Assembly: GCF_036365525.1 (NCBI RefSeq)
Contig: NC_090413.1
Coordinates: forward strand, 22,875,869 to 22,939,868
From: Heterodontus francisci
Taxonomy: Eukaryota
Reading direction: 5' to 3'
Length of the DNA: 64,000 nt
Shown piece by piece: positions 23,885-36,409 of this stretch (its first letter is position 1; each line of letters starts with the position of its first letter). The notes beneath the pieces were generated by a model. That model was not told the origin of the DNA. It made no database searches and saw nothing but the letters and a program-made list of their open reading frames with translations. The position numbers were made by a program, and so were the translations under genes.

Positions 23885-25426
23885 CTTGAATTGGGGAAAG
23901 AACGGAAGAAAAATCAGGTAGTTGGCACAATTGGTCTGTAAAACCTAAATTTTAAACCATCACAGTGACCAGCCAATAAATACCAATCACAGAGTTCCAA
24001 CACAGATGCAAGGTGCATTTATATTGCAGTACTGGTTTCAGGGAACCAGCTATACGAACCTCTCAACTTTTCTCTTCCAACATTCCTATTTCCACCCAAC
24101 AGTTAATCAGAAAGCAGGCAGTAGTGGAAGCAACAAGTCCAGCTATGACAAAGAGCCTGTGCTACTCTGAACAATAACAAGTTCGAGCAGATTTTATGGG
24201 ATTCCCAGAGAACCACATTTGCCATTATTAAGCATAAGCACTTAATGGCTTTCAGTCATCGATTATTATGTAATTACTATATGCATTTATTACAGGAGCA
24301 CAGCATCCACAATCCCAGAAGTATGTCAATTGTCCCAGTTCCAATGCATGAGAAAGGAAGATATTGGATTCTGATTAGACTGACTAACTTGAATTTCGCA
24401 CTGACGTTCAAGATTCCCCAAAGTGTACTACAGGTGGTCTGAATCAGCAACTGACTTTACAATGTGTTACAGTACTGCTGTCAGGAGCTCAAATCATGCG
24501 GAGGCTGTCCAGTATTCAGCTGACAGCAACTAATGATGAAGTATCATCAGTTCTGAGTCAGTGGGAAACCTCTTAGGAAGATGCATTCCTTCCGATGTAA
24601 ATAACCAAATCCCAAAAACAGACTACGTCACCCCACAGCAACTGTACTGCCTGCTCAGCTAGCCAGTGAGAAGCGGATAAGTGAAGACTTGGGCTCACAG
24701 TCTTTGAATGGAGAAAAGAAACTAAGGCAAGGCAGAAGTTCTACAGAAATTAGCAGCAAGAGCAACCATATCCAGATCTTACTGGCAGGCTAGTCACATG
24801 GCATTTAAAACCTTCAGGCTGGAGATACAGCTCAGGCAAATGCTTTTATGCACCAGTATACATATCAGAGTCACAAAATAGCCAAGGCACAATACTTCCA
24901 GACATTATGAACACCACACTAGAGCACATTGCAAGGCAATATCAAGGTTGATATGCCACAAGTCAGTCTTGTAGTGCAAGTCCATCTCAATCTTTTGATA
25001 CAATACTGTCTTGAAATGTATTCCAACCCTAACACTTAATGCAGAATTTTTCCATGGTCAGTTTTTCCCACAGCAACTGAACTATCCTTTCAGTCTTCTC
25101 TGCATGATCATGCAAGCTGTTAGTCCCAAACTATTATTAGAAGTCAGACCAATTAAACACAGGGAACAGTTGGATTTTTTTTTTGGATATTTCAATACTT
25201 TCCTCTTAAGAAATTAAAAGATCCAGAATGAGGAGGACCAATGGACATTTAGACAGTGGCAGAGGTCAACAGGCCAAAGTCATCCTACTTAGAGCTGAGA
25301 AAGAAAAGCTTGGCTGATGGAAGAGACAATATGGCTTCCTACAGAGAAAGACTAGATGGAAACATCCAGCAATACTTATGGCAGAAATGCAGTGATAATG
25401 TACGGAGCCCCCTTTTTACCACAACT

Positions 25427-25783
25427 GGCAGTGGCTCAGTGGTTAGCACTGCAGCCTCACAGCTCCAGCGACCTGGGTTCAATTCTGGGTACTGCCTGTG
25501 TGGAGTTTGCAAGTTCTCCCTCTGTCTGCGTGGGTTTCCTCCAGGTGCTCCGGTTTCCTCCCACATGCCAAAGACTTGCAGGTTGATGGGTTAATTGGCC
25601 ATTATAAATTGCCCCTAGTATAGGTAGGTGGTAGGGGAAATATAGGGACAGGTGGGAATGTGGTAGGAATATGGGATATATGGGATTAGTGTAGGATTAG
25701 TATAAATGGGTGGTTGATGGTCGGCACAGACTATGTGGGCCGAAGGGCCTGTTTCAGTGCTGTATCTCTAAACTAAACTAAAC
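25427..25783 (+). mobile_element. tRNA-derived V-SINE (HE1-like)
   Basis: A box TGGCTCAGTGG, B box GGTTCAATTC, V-domain TGTGTGGAGTTTGCAAGTTCTCCC, CR1-like tail, (TAAAC)n end. Confidence 0.9.
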
Positions 25784-25888
25784 AAGTCATGGCAAAGAGC
25801 ACAACATTCACCATTATTCAGAGTTTAAACCAAGGGGGGGGGGGGGGAAAAAAAAAAGAGGAAGGAAAGAGGGGAGAAATTTCCTTAC

Positions 25889-25990
25889 CTTTATCTTTTT
25901 CAGCATCACCGTAAAATTTGCCAGAGGTCAGCTTGAACTTTCCATAGTCGGATTTGTGCTTCGATTCAATCCATCGCTGTGTCCAGGCAT
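25889..25990 (-). CDS. CALR: Calreticulin exon 2
   Basis: cag|(D)AWTQRWIESKHKSDYGKFKLTSGKFYGDAEKDK-G|gtaag; 102 nt. Confidence 0.97.
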
Positions 25991-28078
25991 CTGTTGCACA
26001 ATAGAAAATATATCTACATTGTAAAATGTAAAAGAAAAGAGACCCTAAGCCAAAAGAAGATCCCTGCACAAGAATTTCTGATAGCTTCTCACTACAGTAA
26101 AATCAAGTAAAAGGGTTGTTATGCAGATTGAATCTATTGTCTGCCACCATTTTGTCAGGCCTCTAGGTGGCATCTCAATAGGACTTTTTTTTCCATTATA
26201 TAGCTAAACAGTTAAGTCAAGCCTACAACTGCACATTTATACTTAAAACAAAAAAGAGGGTAAATGGAATGAGACACTATATACCAACACCCAATGCACC
26301 AAGCTTTTATTTTACAGCAACTATTCCAAGTTAAATTTACTTTGTGCCATAATTTAAACAATTTGAGTGAACATTTAGACCAGATTAGAAACAAATAAAA
26401 AAAAGTACAGAATTGTGCAACTCGATTACAATAAAACAGTGTGAATTAACTATAAACTGTATAACCTCAATTAAGTGCAAAATTATCTGCTGATTGTGGG
26501 GATTCAAATAGCCAAGAGATTCCTCAATTACTAAAGTTCATCTAAATACTTGACCCATACAGACAAGGAAGATCCAATGCTTGCTGCTGACTCACAGCCT
26601 GGATACTGGTAGAGTTACAACAATGGCCCTCACGTCCCTGGGCTAGAGACATAAAAATCCACCTGAACTCCTGTTGCAATCATTACCCAGTGACTGCTAT
26701 TGAAGAGGCACAGGAGTGGATCTCACACCAGAACAGAAGCAGGCTCACCTGTGACACCTCATGTGACTAAAGAGTTTGCTGGGCCTCCCCGGTGAATAGT
26801 GGCTGCTTTGAGCAAGATTCCGACAAGGTGGCCAGCACCTGTGGAACAGTGCAACAAGGATTCAACAACCTCAAGAGCAGAGGCAGGGAAAGGCAACAGA
26901 GGCAAGGGGGAGCCACATCATTGCTTTTTTTTTTTCTGTACTGGAACAAAGGAAATGTGAACTTAAAAAAAAGCATACAGACAAGTGCTGAAAATGCACA
27001 GGACAGTTAGCGTCTGAGAGAGATTATAAAACAGAAAATTTTGCTTCTGTATAGAAAGATGAACACTCGAAAGGAGTTCTAGCAACCCAGTTAACAGGGT
27101 ATGAAGCCTAGGTGAATAATATTACCCCATTCATGTATATGGAAGTTAAAATAAAAAAGCAAATTCTGAAACTTAACAAAATGCTGGACATGCTCGGCAA
27201 GTCAAGTAGCATCGGTGGAGAGAAACAGTTAACATTTCAGCTCTGCCACCTTTCCTCAGAACCTGTTAAACATGGTTCCTGGTTCTCTATCTTAAAGCTT
27301 TGAATCCAAGCAGCAAGTTTCCAGTACTTGCTTAAAGCCACCTGCTGTCTTATGCAAGAAAGTCAGTTAGCAAGTGCAACCAAAAATTTAAAATAGGAGA
27401 AAATACATAATAGGATCATGTTTTGTTACATTGGTCCTATTTGTTGACTGAGAAATTAAAGCAGATGGAAGATCTTCAAAAGCTGGTATTCACCAGGACC
27501 AGCAAGCACACAGTAAGCGGCTACTTAAAATTGGCAACACTTCAAAGACCCAGGCAAGGCAGGGAGGTGGTGCTATATAAACTAAATCTGCTGTAAACCT
27601 GGCACATGCTTTAAGTGGAAGAGATTGTAATTTTGGCCTGATGTACAACAGAACACAATTGAGGGATTTCAGTCCTTTGAAAAGGCACTGCCTGTCTGCT
27701 GTGGCCATTAAGCAGCAAGTGATCTATGCACTTGATCGCTGATCTTTACTTCTGGATTATACTCCAGAGGTTAGCAAGAAGATTGATAACAGAACCAGAA
27801 CCCAAACTGTTGGAGCTAACATCTTCACAAACTGTAGCTTTTATTATTTTTTTTTTCTTAAACTGATTTTATACTGTTCTTTCAGATCAGATCCCAGGAC
27901 TCCAGTTTATCTGGTTAAAATGATGTTTGTAGTCTAATAGCCAACTCACAGATCCAGGTAAACTGGGTCTATAAGTCAGCTACCCACACAGGGAAAGCAA
28001 GAATCAGGAGCCGGCTTAAGACACTGGGCTGGCAGAATCAAAATTAGAAAAAAAAAAGTCCAACAGCAGCCATTTAAT

Positions 28079-28266
28079 AACAAAACCAGCAAATGCTGGA
28101 AACACTCAGGAGATCAGGCAGCTTCCCATCATCGGAACTGGAAGAAAGGTCATCAACCTGAAACATCAAATGTTTCTCTGTCCGCTGATGCTGTCTGACC
28201 TGCTGAGTATTTGAGCATTTTCTGCTCTTAATTTCAGATTTTCAACATCTGTAGTATTTCTTTTTA
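28079..28266. mobile_element. Degenerate mini fold-back Penelope terminal repeat
   Basis: AAATGCTGGAAACACTCAG..TCAGGCAGC arm and inverted GCTGTCTGACCTGCTGAGTATTTGAGCATTT arm, with hammerhead remnant GAAGAAAGGTCATCAACCTGAAAC. Confidence 0.7.
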
Positions 28267-30439
28267 GCTTTTGTTTAAGGTGAGCAGACTTGGGTATTTC
28301 AGCACCTAAGAAAAGACAGGCAGGTAACTGAAGCAGCTTTAATTCCAAGAGCACATACATCTGCAGTCCATTAAATTAACATCTAGCCACCAAAATGTGC
28401 ACAAACTCACCTTTCAATTGCACTTTCATAAGAATACCCAAGTGCTGGCTGTATCAATACATTTTTTTTTACTATAAAAGTTAAATCCATTTTTTAAATA
28501 TGCTGTTGTACGATTAAGCACAAGACTGTTCCTTGCCCTTATGACAAAGCTACACTACAGCAAAACACAACTGTATTAATTGATCAACTATACCCATAGC
28601 CTGTCCATTAGTCGGTCCTGGAACAAGTCGGAAATCCAGCAATATCAGCATTAAACGGTGCCGTGGAAGAAACAAATATCTGGAAATGACTGCCCTTTCT
28701 TGACTAGCCTGTGAAATAGATTATGATCATATCTTTCATTGGAAGGAGGAGTCTCAGTTCTGGCCTGACATTGCTGAACACTCAGGTAAGACATTCCTGC
28801 CTGGACAGAAGAGGAACACGAAAAGGCATCAGTTCACTCGCTCGTCCCGACATGAGCGATAGCTCCAGCGCCAGGATAGTTTGAGTACCCAGTTGAGACT
28901 GGGGAACCGGTTGCCCGTCAGTTCTGCAATGCAGGGTTAAGAAAGACAGAAAAAAAAAAAAAGAGCTTACAGGGAACTGGAATTTGAAGAATTCATTTCC
29001 TGAAGTGGTTTTTATCCTTGTAAACAGCACTTTGTTACTTCAGAAACTCCAGACTCACCTTAAACAAACATCCTTCATGCTGTTCCTCAACAAACTGGTC
29101 ACCCAAGCTACACCTTGGTTCACTTAATGTATGCAATATAATTAATGATCATGACCAGATATTTCATAGTACGTCTGATTGAGTTGAGATTTTTGGCTTC
29201 ACATTCACATCAAGTTATTCCAGACCATCAAATAAATTCTCCAAGTAATTCCCCCACTTTCCCACCTCCCAAGGTGCTTCCCTTGAACCATGCTACTTTT
29301 AGTACAGTTCATAGATCACTCTTAAATTATCCCTCAGGAGGGTGTATTCGCCTCCAGCTCTGGAACTTCCTCCACAAACCTCACCATCTTTTCGCATTTA
29401 AGATGCCTCTTAAAACCTTTTTATTTATTCATTCATGGGATGTGGGCATCGTTGGCTAGGACAACATCCATTGCCCATCCCTAATTGCCCGAGAAGGTGG
29501 AGTCCATGTGGGTTAGGTACACCCACAGTGCTGTTAGGAAGGGATTTTGAACCAGCAACCGTGAAGGAACGGCAATATAGTTCCAAGTCAGGATGGTGCG
29601 TGGCTCGGTGAGGAACTTCCGGGTGCTGGTGTTCCCTCTGACAAGAGTTTGGTCACTTGTCCTAACGCCACTATTTTTCACTCAGTATCATTATTTGGCA
29701 GATTATGTTTCTGTGAAAAGCCTTGGGATCTTTTACTACGATAAAGGTGTTTTATAAATACAACTGGTTGTCAGCATTGGAGAGGTGGATGACCCAAGTT
29801 CACCTTATCCCTATTCTCCCACCGACAACTGAGCCAAAGGCAGACAAACTCATTCTCCAAAACAAGGAAAGCAGCATGGGCATTAACACAAGGAATTCCA
29901 ATACTACAAAATTCCCAAAAAAAGATTTGTAGTTTACACAGAAATTGGAGGCAAGGCTCAGCAAAAACTAAAATGAGTTACAGCCATCCATGAAACTGGA
30001 TTCAGTTCCTTCTTGCTGCCAAGGGGATCTGTTCCCTACTTAGTTCAAGTCCCACAGCCACCCTGTATTTCACAACATGACAGTTTGCTTGTGCAACTTC
30101 ATATACTACGTGTCTTCAAACTTTTGGACAGGGGAAGCGGTGGGGGAGGAGGTTGAATAGGACAACCTACCTGAAATCTGATCCACTTTGCAGGAGTTTC
30201 TGAATAGTGGCTGATTTTCCACCTCCTTCAGGCCAAGGAGACCAAGATCAATTCCAGTACTCCTCAGTCACCCAGCTGAGATTAGCTAATTCAGCAAAGA
30301 TCAGGCCCTGGATCTGGGACCTTCTCAGTATCATACCTCATTCAGGACTGGTACATCAGAAACACTTGAAAGTTTCTATTTCCCCATAACCAAGTCAGAT
30401 CAGATAGCTGATGAGCAACAACTGTAACAAGTGAGTTGT

Positions 30440-30680
30440 TCTTACTTCTCAAAGGGTCGTTAGTCTGTGGAATTCTCTTCTCTAGGAAGTAGTGGAGGCT
30501 GAGTCATTGAATTTATTCAAGGCCGAGTTAGATAGATTTTCGATAGACAAGGGAGTCAAGGGTTATGGGGTCAGATAGGAAAGTGGGTTTGAGACCACAA
30601 CCAGATCAGTCATGATCTTATTGAATGGCAAAGCAGGCTCGAAGGGCCAAGTGGCCTACTCCTGCTCTCAAGTCCTATGT
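30440..30680 (+). mobile_element. CR1 LINE 3' fragment
   Basis: TTCTCAAAGGGTCGTTAGTCTGTGGAATTCTCT...GGCTCGAAGGGCCAAGTGGCCTACTCCTGCTC, as at 57780-58030. Confidence 0.8.
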
Positions 30681-30695
30681 TCCATTGACAACTTT

Positions 30696-31055
30696 GGGCA
30701 GCACAGTGGCGCAGTGGTTAGCACCGCAGCCTCACAGCACCAGCGACCCGGGTTCGATTCTGGGTACTGCCTCTGCGGAGTTTGCAAGTTCTCCCTGTGA
30801 CCGCGTGGGTATTCGCCGGGTGCTCCAGTTTCCTCCCACAGCCAAAGACTTGCAGGTTGATAGGTAAATTGGCCATTATAAATTGCCCCTAGTATAGGTA
30901 GGTGGTAAGGGAATTGAGGGAAGGTGGGGATGTAAGAGAGTAATGGGATTAATGTAGGATTAGTATAAATGGGTGGTTGATGGTCGGCAAAGACTCGGTG
31001 GGCCGAAGTGCCAGTTTCAGTGCTGTATCTCTAAATAAATAAATAAATAAATAAA
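30696..31055 (+). mobile_element. tRNA-derived V-SINE (HE1-like)
   Basis: GGGCAGCACAGTGGCGCAGTGGTTAGCACC...GGTTCGATTC...(TAAA)n. Confidence 0.92.
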
Positions 31056-32124
31056 CTGTTTAATATACAGGGGCTGGAAAACTTTGAACGATCTGTCACC
31101 CATACACATGCATTCATTTAGTAACTCATGACTTAACTATTGTGGAAACTACCACCCCATCCCCAGAAAGAAAGAACTTGCTTTGTTAGTCACTGAAATT
31201 GATGTAAAATACATGAAAGACAATAAAATATCTCATATTTATTAAGCACTTTGCAATTCCTTCTGACAAGCCTGAAGACTGGTACAAGTCAGCACATTAT
31301 ACAGTGACAGCAGTTATTGCAAATGAGAACCACACAAAGAAGTTTGTTTGCAAACAAGTGACTAATTTTTTTTTTTGCATTCTGGACTTTAAAAAAAACT
31401 TCAGATACAAAACTTACCCATTAGGAAGTTTTAATTGGATAGATAAATAGACATATACGCACCTGAAGGCTGAGAATCTCAAGTACTAAATAGCTAGTAA
31501 GGAAGTGATTCCACTCCATGCAGTTGGAGATTTAAGATTTAGTAAAATAGGAAACGTTTTAAAATTCCAGTTCTAAAGATCTCAAGGTTACCTTTCATAA
31601 AAAGCTCACAGCCTTTAAAGATGCAAGCACATTTTTAGTTTAAAAAAAATGTAATGCAACTACACACAAAAAAAAACAGATCAGGAGGGGGGAAAATGTC
31701 CATCACTAGCCACTAAATGCTAATATGAAGAATTAAAAAGCGAATTTTCAAAATTACATTTTATTGGAGTTTAAAATTATTTTAAATAAAAAGAAAGTGA
31801 AACAAAGAAAGTTTACTTACCTCCACCATTTTAGTTTCAATGGGAGCATTTACACCAAAAGTACAATTTTTACAAAAAGTTAAAAACCACTTTTTCCCCC
31901 CTTAATAGCTTCACTATTCCCTCCCCAACCCCCCCACACTTAAATTAAATCTGGATTGATCCAGAAATGCTGAATAATAATCATTTGCAATTTCAGGTAC
32001 ACACACATATTAAAACTACTGTTTTTAAAATCAAAAGCTGCAAATGTAACGATTAAGATATACTCTTTGGGGATTTTTAAAGCAGGGAAGGCCTCCTGCT
32101 TCCTTCCCCCCAACCTCAACTCAC

Positions 32125-32212
32125 CTCCATCAGAAAATTCCTCCTTAAAATAAACTGTGGGATCTGCAGCTGCCAAGGCAACGAGCAGGCAAAGCAACAA
32201 CCTAATTTTCAT
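32125..32212 (-). CDS. CALR: Calreticulin exon 1 (signal peptide)
   Basis: MKIRLLLCLLVALAAADPTVYFKEEFSDG-G|gtgagt; 88 nt. Confidence 0.96.
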
Positions 32213-32353
32213 CTTTTACTTGGGTGTAAATTATTACTTTGCCTTCCTAAATGACTTCGCTGACTTTTTTTGTTAATTGTAGGAAAAATACACCGACTGA
32301 AGCACGTTTGACACAACTGAAAGCACCAGGAATGAAGTAGCTCCCACTGATGC

Positions 32354-32660
32354 TTTATAAACGCACGTCAGTCAAACCTGAACCCCCGCTAGATCCCGCC
32401 CCCTCCGCTCTGCGTGCTGATTGGCCGCGCCTGGCACTGCGGGTGATTTCCCCTTTTCTGACTGGTCCCCGCCGCCGCCGCTCAAACGCCCCGTTCGGCC
32501 AGCACGCTAGGTTGCATGGCTGCCCAGATGGCTGAAGGTTATTGGCTGGGTGAAACGTCATGGCGACGGGCTCTGGCCAATGGGCAACGACCACATGTTC
32601 AGACGGTGGCAGGGCCGGCAGACCCGCCTCTTTTCCAGGCGTTCGCACCTGATTGGTCAG
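32354..32660 (-). promoter_or_regulatory. CALR promoter: TATA box, TGACGTG element, CCAAT boxes and ERSE-like elements
   Basis: TATAAA 32359-32354; TGACGTGC 32370-32363; CCAAT-N9-CCATC (minus 32545-32527); CCAAT-N9-CCACA (plus 32577-32595); further CCAAT boxes near 32420 and 32652; GC-rich. Confidence 0.8.
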
Positions 32661-33184
32661 TGTGCCTGTCAATCAGGTTAACTCACAAAGGGCTTTTTTT
32701 TTTAAACTTGCTGTAATTTGCAAAGCACCTTTAATGCAAGATACAATATACATATAATATTAAACAAGCTGGAAAGCCCAGCAAAGTAATTTTTGTACAT
32801 TTTCCAGCATATGGTTGGTTGGCATCCTTCCGTCAATGAAAGATGATGGACAATCATCTGTTTATAATCAATCAATTTATATTATATATATTATAAATAA
32901 TCCATTTAGGTAGGGTGTCTTCTCTTGGTGCACCTTTGCTGATGGTTGTGAAGGCCAATCTTTGAGAGGCATTTTTCCAGCATATTAGTATGCAATTTAA
33001 CAGGATACTGCTTTTTTTCCCCCAATATTCCGAAAGGTGCTGATTGATGTTGAGGTACAATTAAATGGTCACCGGCCGCTACCTCTTCAGGGCAGTCTCA
33101 TTCTCAAAGGTTCAGCCTAGACAGTAAAAGGTAGCAGTGAATGTGAGGCTAACACTTCAGTACTGAAGGAGTTCTGCATTGTTA

Positions 33185-34400
33185 CATAGGAACAGGAGTA
33201 GGCCATTCAGCCCCTCGAGCCTGTTCTGCTGCTATTCAATGATATGACTGATCTGCATCTTAACTCCAGCCACCTGCCTTGGCTCCACCTTCTTTTATAC
33301 CCGTGTCTAGCAAAATTCTATTGAACTCATAAGAACCTAAGAAATAGGAGCAGGACTTGAAGTCTGTTCTAATCAATGAGATCATTTCTTTTATTTTAGA
33401 GATACAGCACTGAAACAGGCCCTTCGGCCCACCGAGTCTGTGCCAACCATCAACCACCCATTTATACTAATCCTACATTAATCCCATATTCCTACCACAT
33501 CCCCATACAGACTAGGGGCAATTTACAATGGCCAATTTACCGATCAACTTGCAAGTCTTTGGCTGTGGGAGGAAACCTGAGCACCTGGCAAAAACCCACA
33601 CAGTCACAGGGAGAACTTGCAAACTCCGCACTGGCAGTACCCAGAATCGAACCCGGGTCGCTGGAGCTGTGAGGCTGCAATGCTAACCACTGCGCCACTG
33701 TGCCGCCCCCGACTGATCTTCTGCATCAACTCCACTCACCCACCCTATCCTAATATCACTTGATTCCCTTAGTGTCCAACTGTTTATCAATCTTAGTCTT
33801 GAATGTACTCAACGACTGAGCATCCACAGCCCATCTGAGTGAAGACATTTCTCCTTAATAACCAACCTCTTATTCTATGACCTCAAGTTCTAGACTTGCA
33901 GCCGTGGAAACAGACTCTCAGCATCGACCCTGTCAAGCTGTAAGAATTTTATATGTTTCAATGTGATCACTTCTCATTCTTCTAAACTCCAGAAACATAA
34001 ACTCTTTCTATTCAATCTCTTCTCAAAGGACAACTCTTGCATCCAAGAAATCAATCTAGCAAACCCTCATTGCACCCCTCTAAGGCAATATTTTAAATTA
34101 CCATTCGATCTAGCACCTGCCACATTTAGTGGGTGATACGTCCTTACACTTTTACCACCCATTGTGTGAAGAAGGGTTTCCTAACCTCTCTCTTGAATGG
34201 CCTGGCTCTCATTTTAATGTTATGTACCCCCTTGTTTTAGATACCCCTATCAGCAGATAAAGTTTCTATCCGCCCTATCAATTACTTTCAAAATCCTACA
34301 AAACTCAATCAAATCTCCCCTTAACCTGCAAGCCTTGTCCATGTAATCTCTCCTCATAATCTAACCATTGGAGCCCTGGTAACATTCTGGTGAATCTGTG
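33185..34400 (-). mobile_element. Cluster of nested CR1 3' fragments
   Basis: Repeated TAGGAACAGGAGTAGGCCATTCAGCCC-type tails and C-terminal ORF2 remnants. Confidence 0.75.
33389..33710 (-). mobile_element. tRNA-derived V-SINE (HE1-like)
   Basis: Reverse complement of the 30696 family. Confidence 0.9.
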
Positions 34401-34409
34401 CTGCGCGCA

Positions 34410-34500
34410 AATTCTGATGAAAGGTCACAGACCTGAAACATTAGCTCTCCACAGATGCTGCCTGGCCTGCTGAGTATTTCCAGTACTTTCTATTTTTACT
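34410..34500 (+). mobile_element. Penelope terminal-repeat fragment with hammerhead core
   Basis: CTGATGA A AGGTC aca GACCT GAAAC followed by CCACAGATGCTGCCTGGCCTGCTGAGTATTTCCAG. Confidence 0.75.
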
Positions 34501-35177
34501 ACAATTTAGTGGTCTTTGTGCAAGGACCCCTAAACATCTTTGGACCTCTTCTGATCCTAGCTTTTCACCGCTTAAAGGTTAGGATTGTGGTCTTTTGAAT
34601 GAGATGTCAGATATAACAACAACTTACAATTATATAGCGCCTTTAACATAGTGAGGTTTCCCAAGGCACTCCACAGGAGCGTTATCAGACATTTGGACAC
34701 ATTTTGATCCCTCTTTTTACCGTTTCCACTTTTCTGACTGAAGCTCTTCCATAACTTTCCATAATGACTCCTTTCACAGGCAGTGTACCCACAATTAGAG
34801 ACTGTGATAAGCTAAAGGTTGAAGTATATTTGCATTGTGTAATTCACTGATGACAGAGTGCCTCAAAATAATTATTCGCAGTTCAACGTATGTGTCCTGG
34901 GACAGCAGAGAAGGAATGATCCCAAAATGGAAGGTCGTTTCAAAGCAGTCATTCGTTTCCCATTAGGGGATAGCAAGCAGAGAAGTGCTAGAAGCAGCCC
35001 AAAGGATGGATATAAAAGAATCCCAAGACACTATTCGAAGAAGTGTTGGGGAGTTTAGCACTCAACTAATATTGTCGTAACAGATTAACTAGTCATGAAA
35101 GGCAATATAGAAATGCAAGACTTTTTTCTTAGTCCCATGTTGCTCACAGTGGATAGACTCGTGTGACATCTGAAACT

Positions 35178-35545
35178 TGGAATTTAGAAGTTTAAGGGGT
35201 GATTTGATCAAAGCTTTCAAGATATTAAGGGGAACAGATAGGGGATAGACAGATAGAGAGGAACTATTTCCACTGGTTGGGGAGTCTAGGACTAGGGAGG
35301 TGAAATTAGCAAACACTTCTACACACAGAGGGTGGTAGGAGTTTGGAACTCTCTTCCACAAACAGCAGTTGATGCTAGATCAATTGTTCATTTTAAATCT
35401 GAGATTGATAGATCTTTGTTAACCAAAGGTATTAAGGGATATGGGACAAAGGCTGTATATGGAATTTGATTGCAGATCAGCCATGATCTAACTGAATGGT
35501 GGAACAGGCTCGAGGGGCTGAATGGCCTCCTCCTGTTCCGATGAT
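35178..35545 (+). mobile_element. CR1 LINE 3' fragment
   Basis: TTTAGAAGTTTAAGGGGTGATTTGATCAAAGC...GGCTCGAGGGGCTGAATGGCCTCCTCCTGTTCC. Confidence 0.85.
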
Positions 35546-36409
35546 ATTTGAACTTTGCTGAGATATTGCATTTCAGGATCTGGAATCATCATTGGCAATT
35601 TCCTAACCAGCATTTAAACTCTACACAAATACAGGCAAAAGACTAATTGCCAGGCTTATCACTTCAACTTGCAAATTTTACACGCTAGGCTATTTGTTCT
35701 ATTTTGCATTGCACTTACAATATAATTGAGGAGACATTGCATTGAAACTTTGCCCGACCTTATCAGTGGATTTTTGAGAAGCTTTCTTATTGAATAGCTT
35801 TCTTGTTTCAGGAGACCTGTCACAGGCTCTTTACTGCTATGAAAATAGAAAATATAACCCTGAGGCTCATTTCTATATGAGTAGAATGGAAAAGCAGAGA
35901 GATTATAGAACCGTGGTTAGACCATATTTAGCGTACTGTGCATACTTCTGCTCTCCATGTTACAATGTAGAGGCACTGAAGAAGGTGCAAAAAAGATGAT
36001 ACCAGAACTTGAGGAGAGACCTGACAGGCTGGGGCTTCTTTTTCTCGAAAAGAATATGCTCTAATGGAGGTCTTTTACTCATGAAGGGGTAAATATCAAA
36101 TGTCACAATTTTGTCTAGAAGCACATGGAGCACTAGGTTTGCTGAGTGCCTCAGGTATAATGAGCAGGCAGCTTTAAAAAGCTTGCAGATCATATAACTG
36201 GACCAATGGGCTATGGGAAACCTGAGACTTATCCATTGGTGATCCATCAGAATCTTTTAAACCTACTCTCTGCACACAGCAGGGATCAGATGGTTGTAAT
36301 TATGCCACCAAATAAAAAGAAGAACGTTGCACTTCTCTGATGAGATTCTCTTTCCACCCTATAGACAGAGCCAACAGAGATACAAACTGCTCATATGATA
36401 TGTTTATGA

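Noticed and set aside
25427-25500. tRNA-like sequences with A and B boxes (also 30696, 33640, 39651, 52715)
   Set aside because: They are SINE heads that continue into V- or Deu-domain bodies; no complete cloverleaf.
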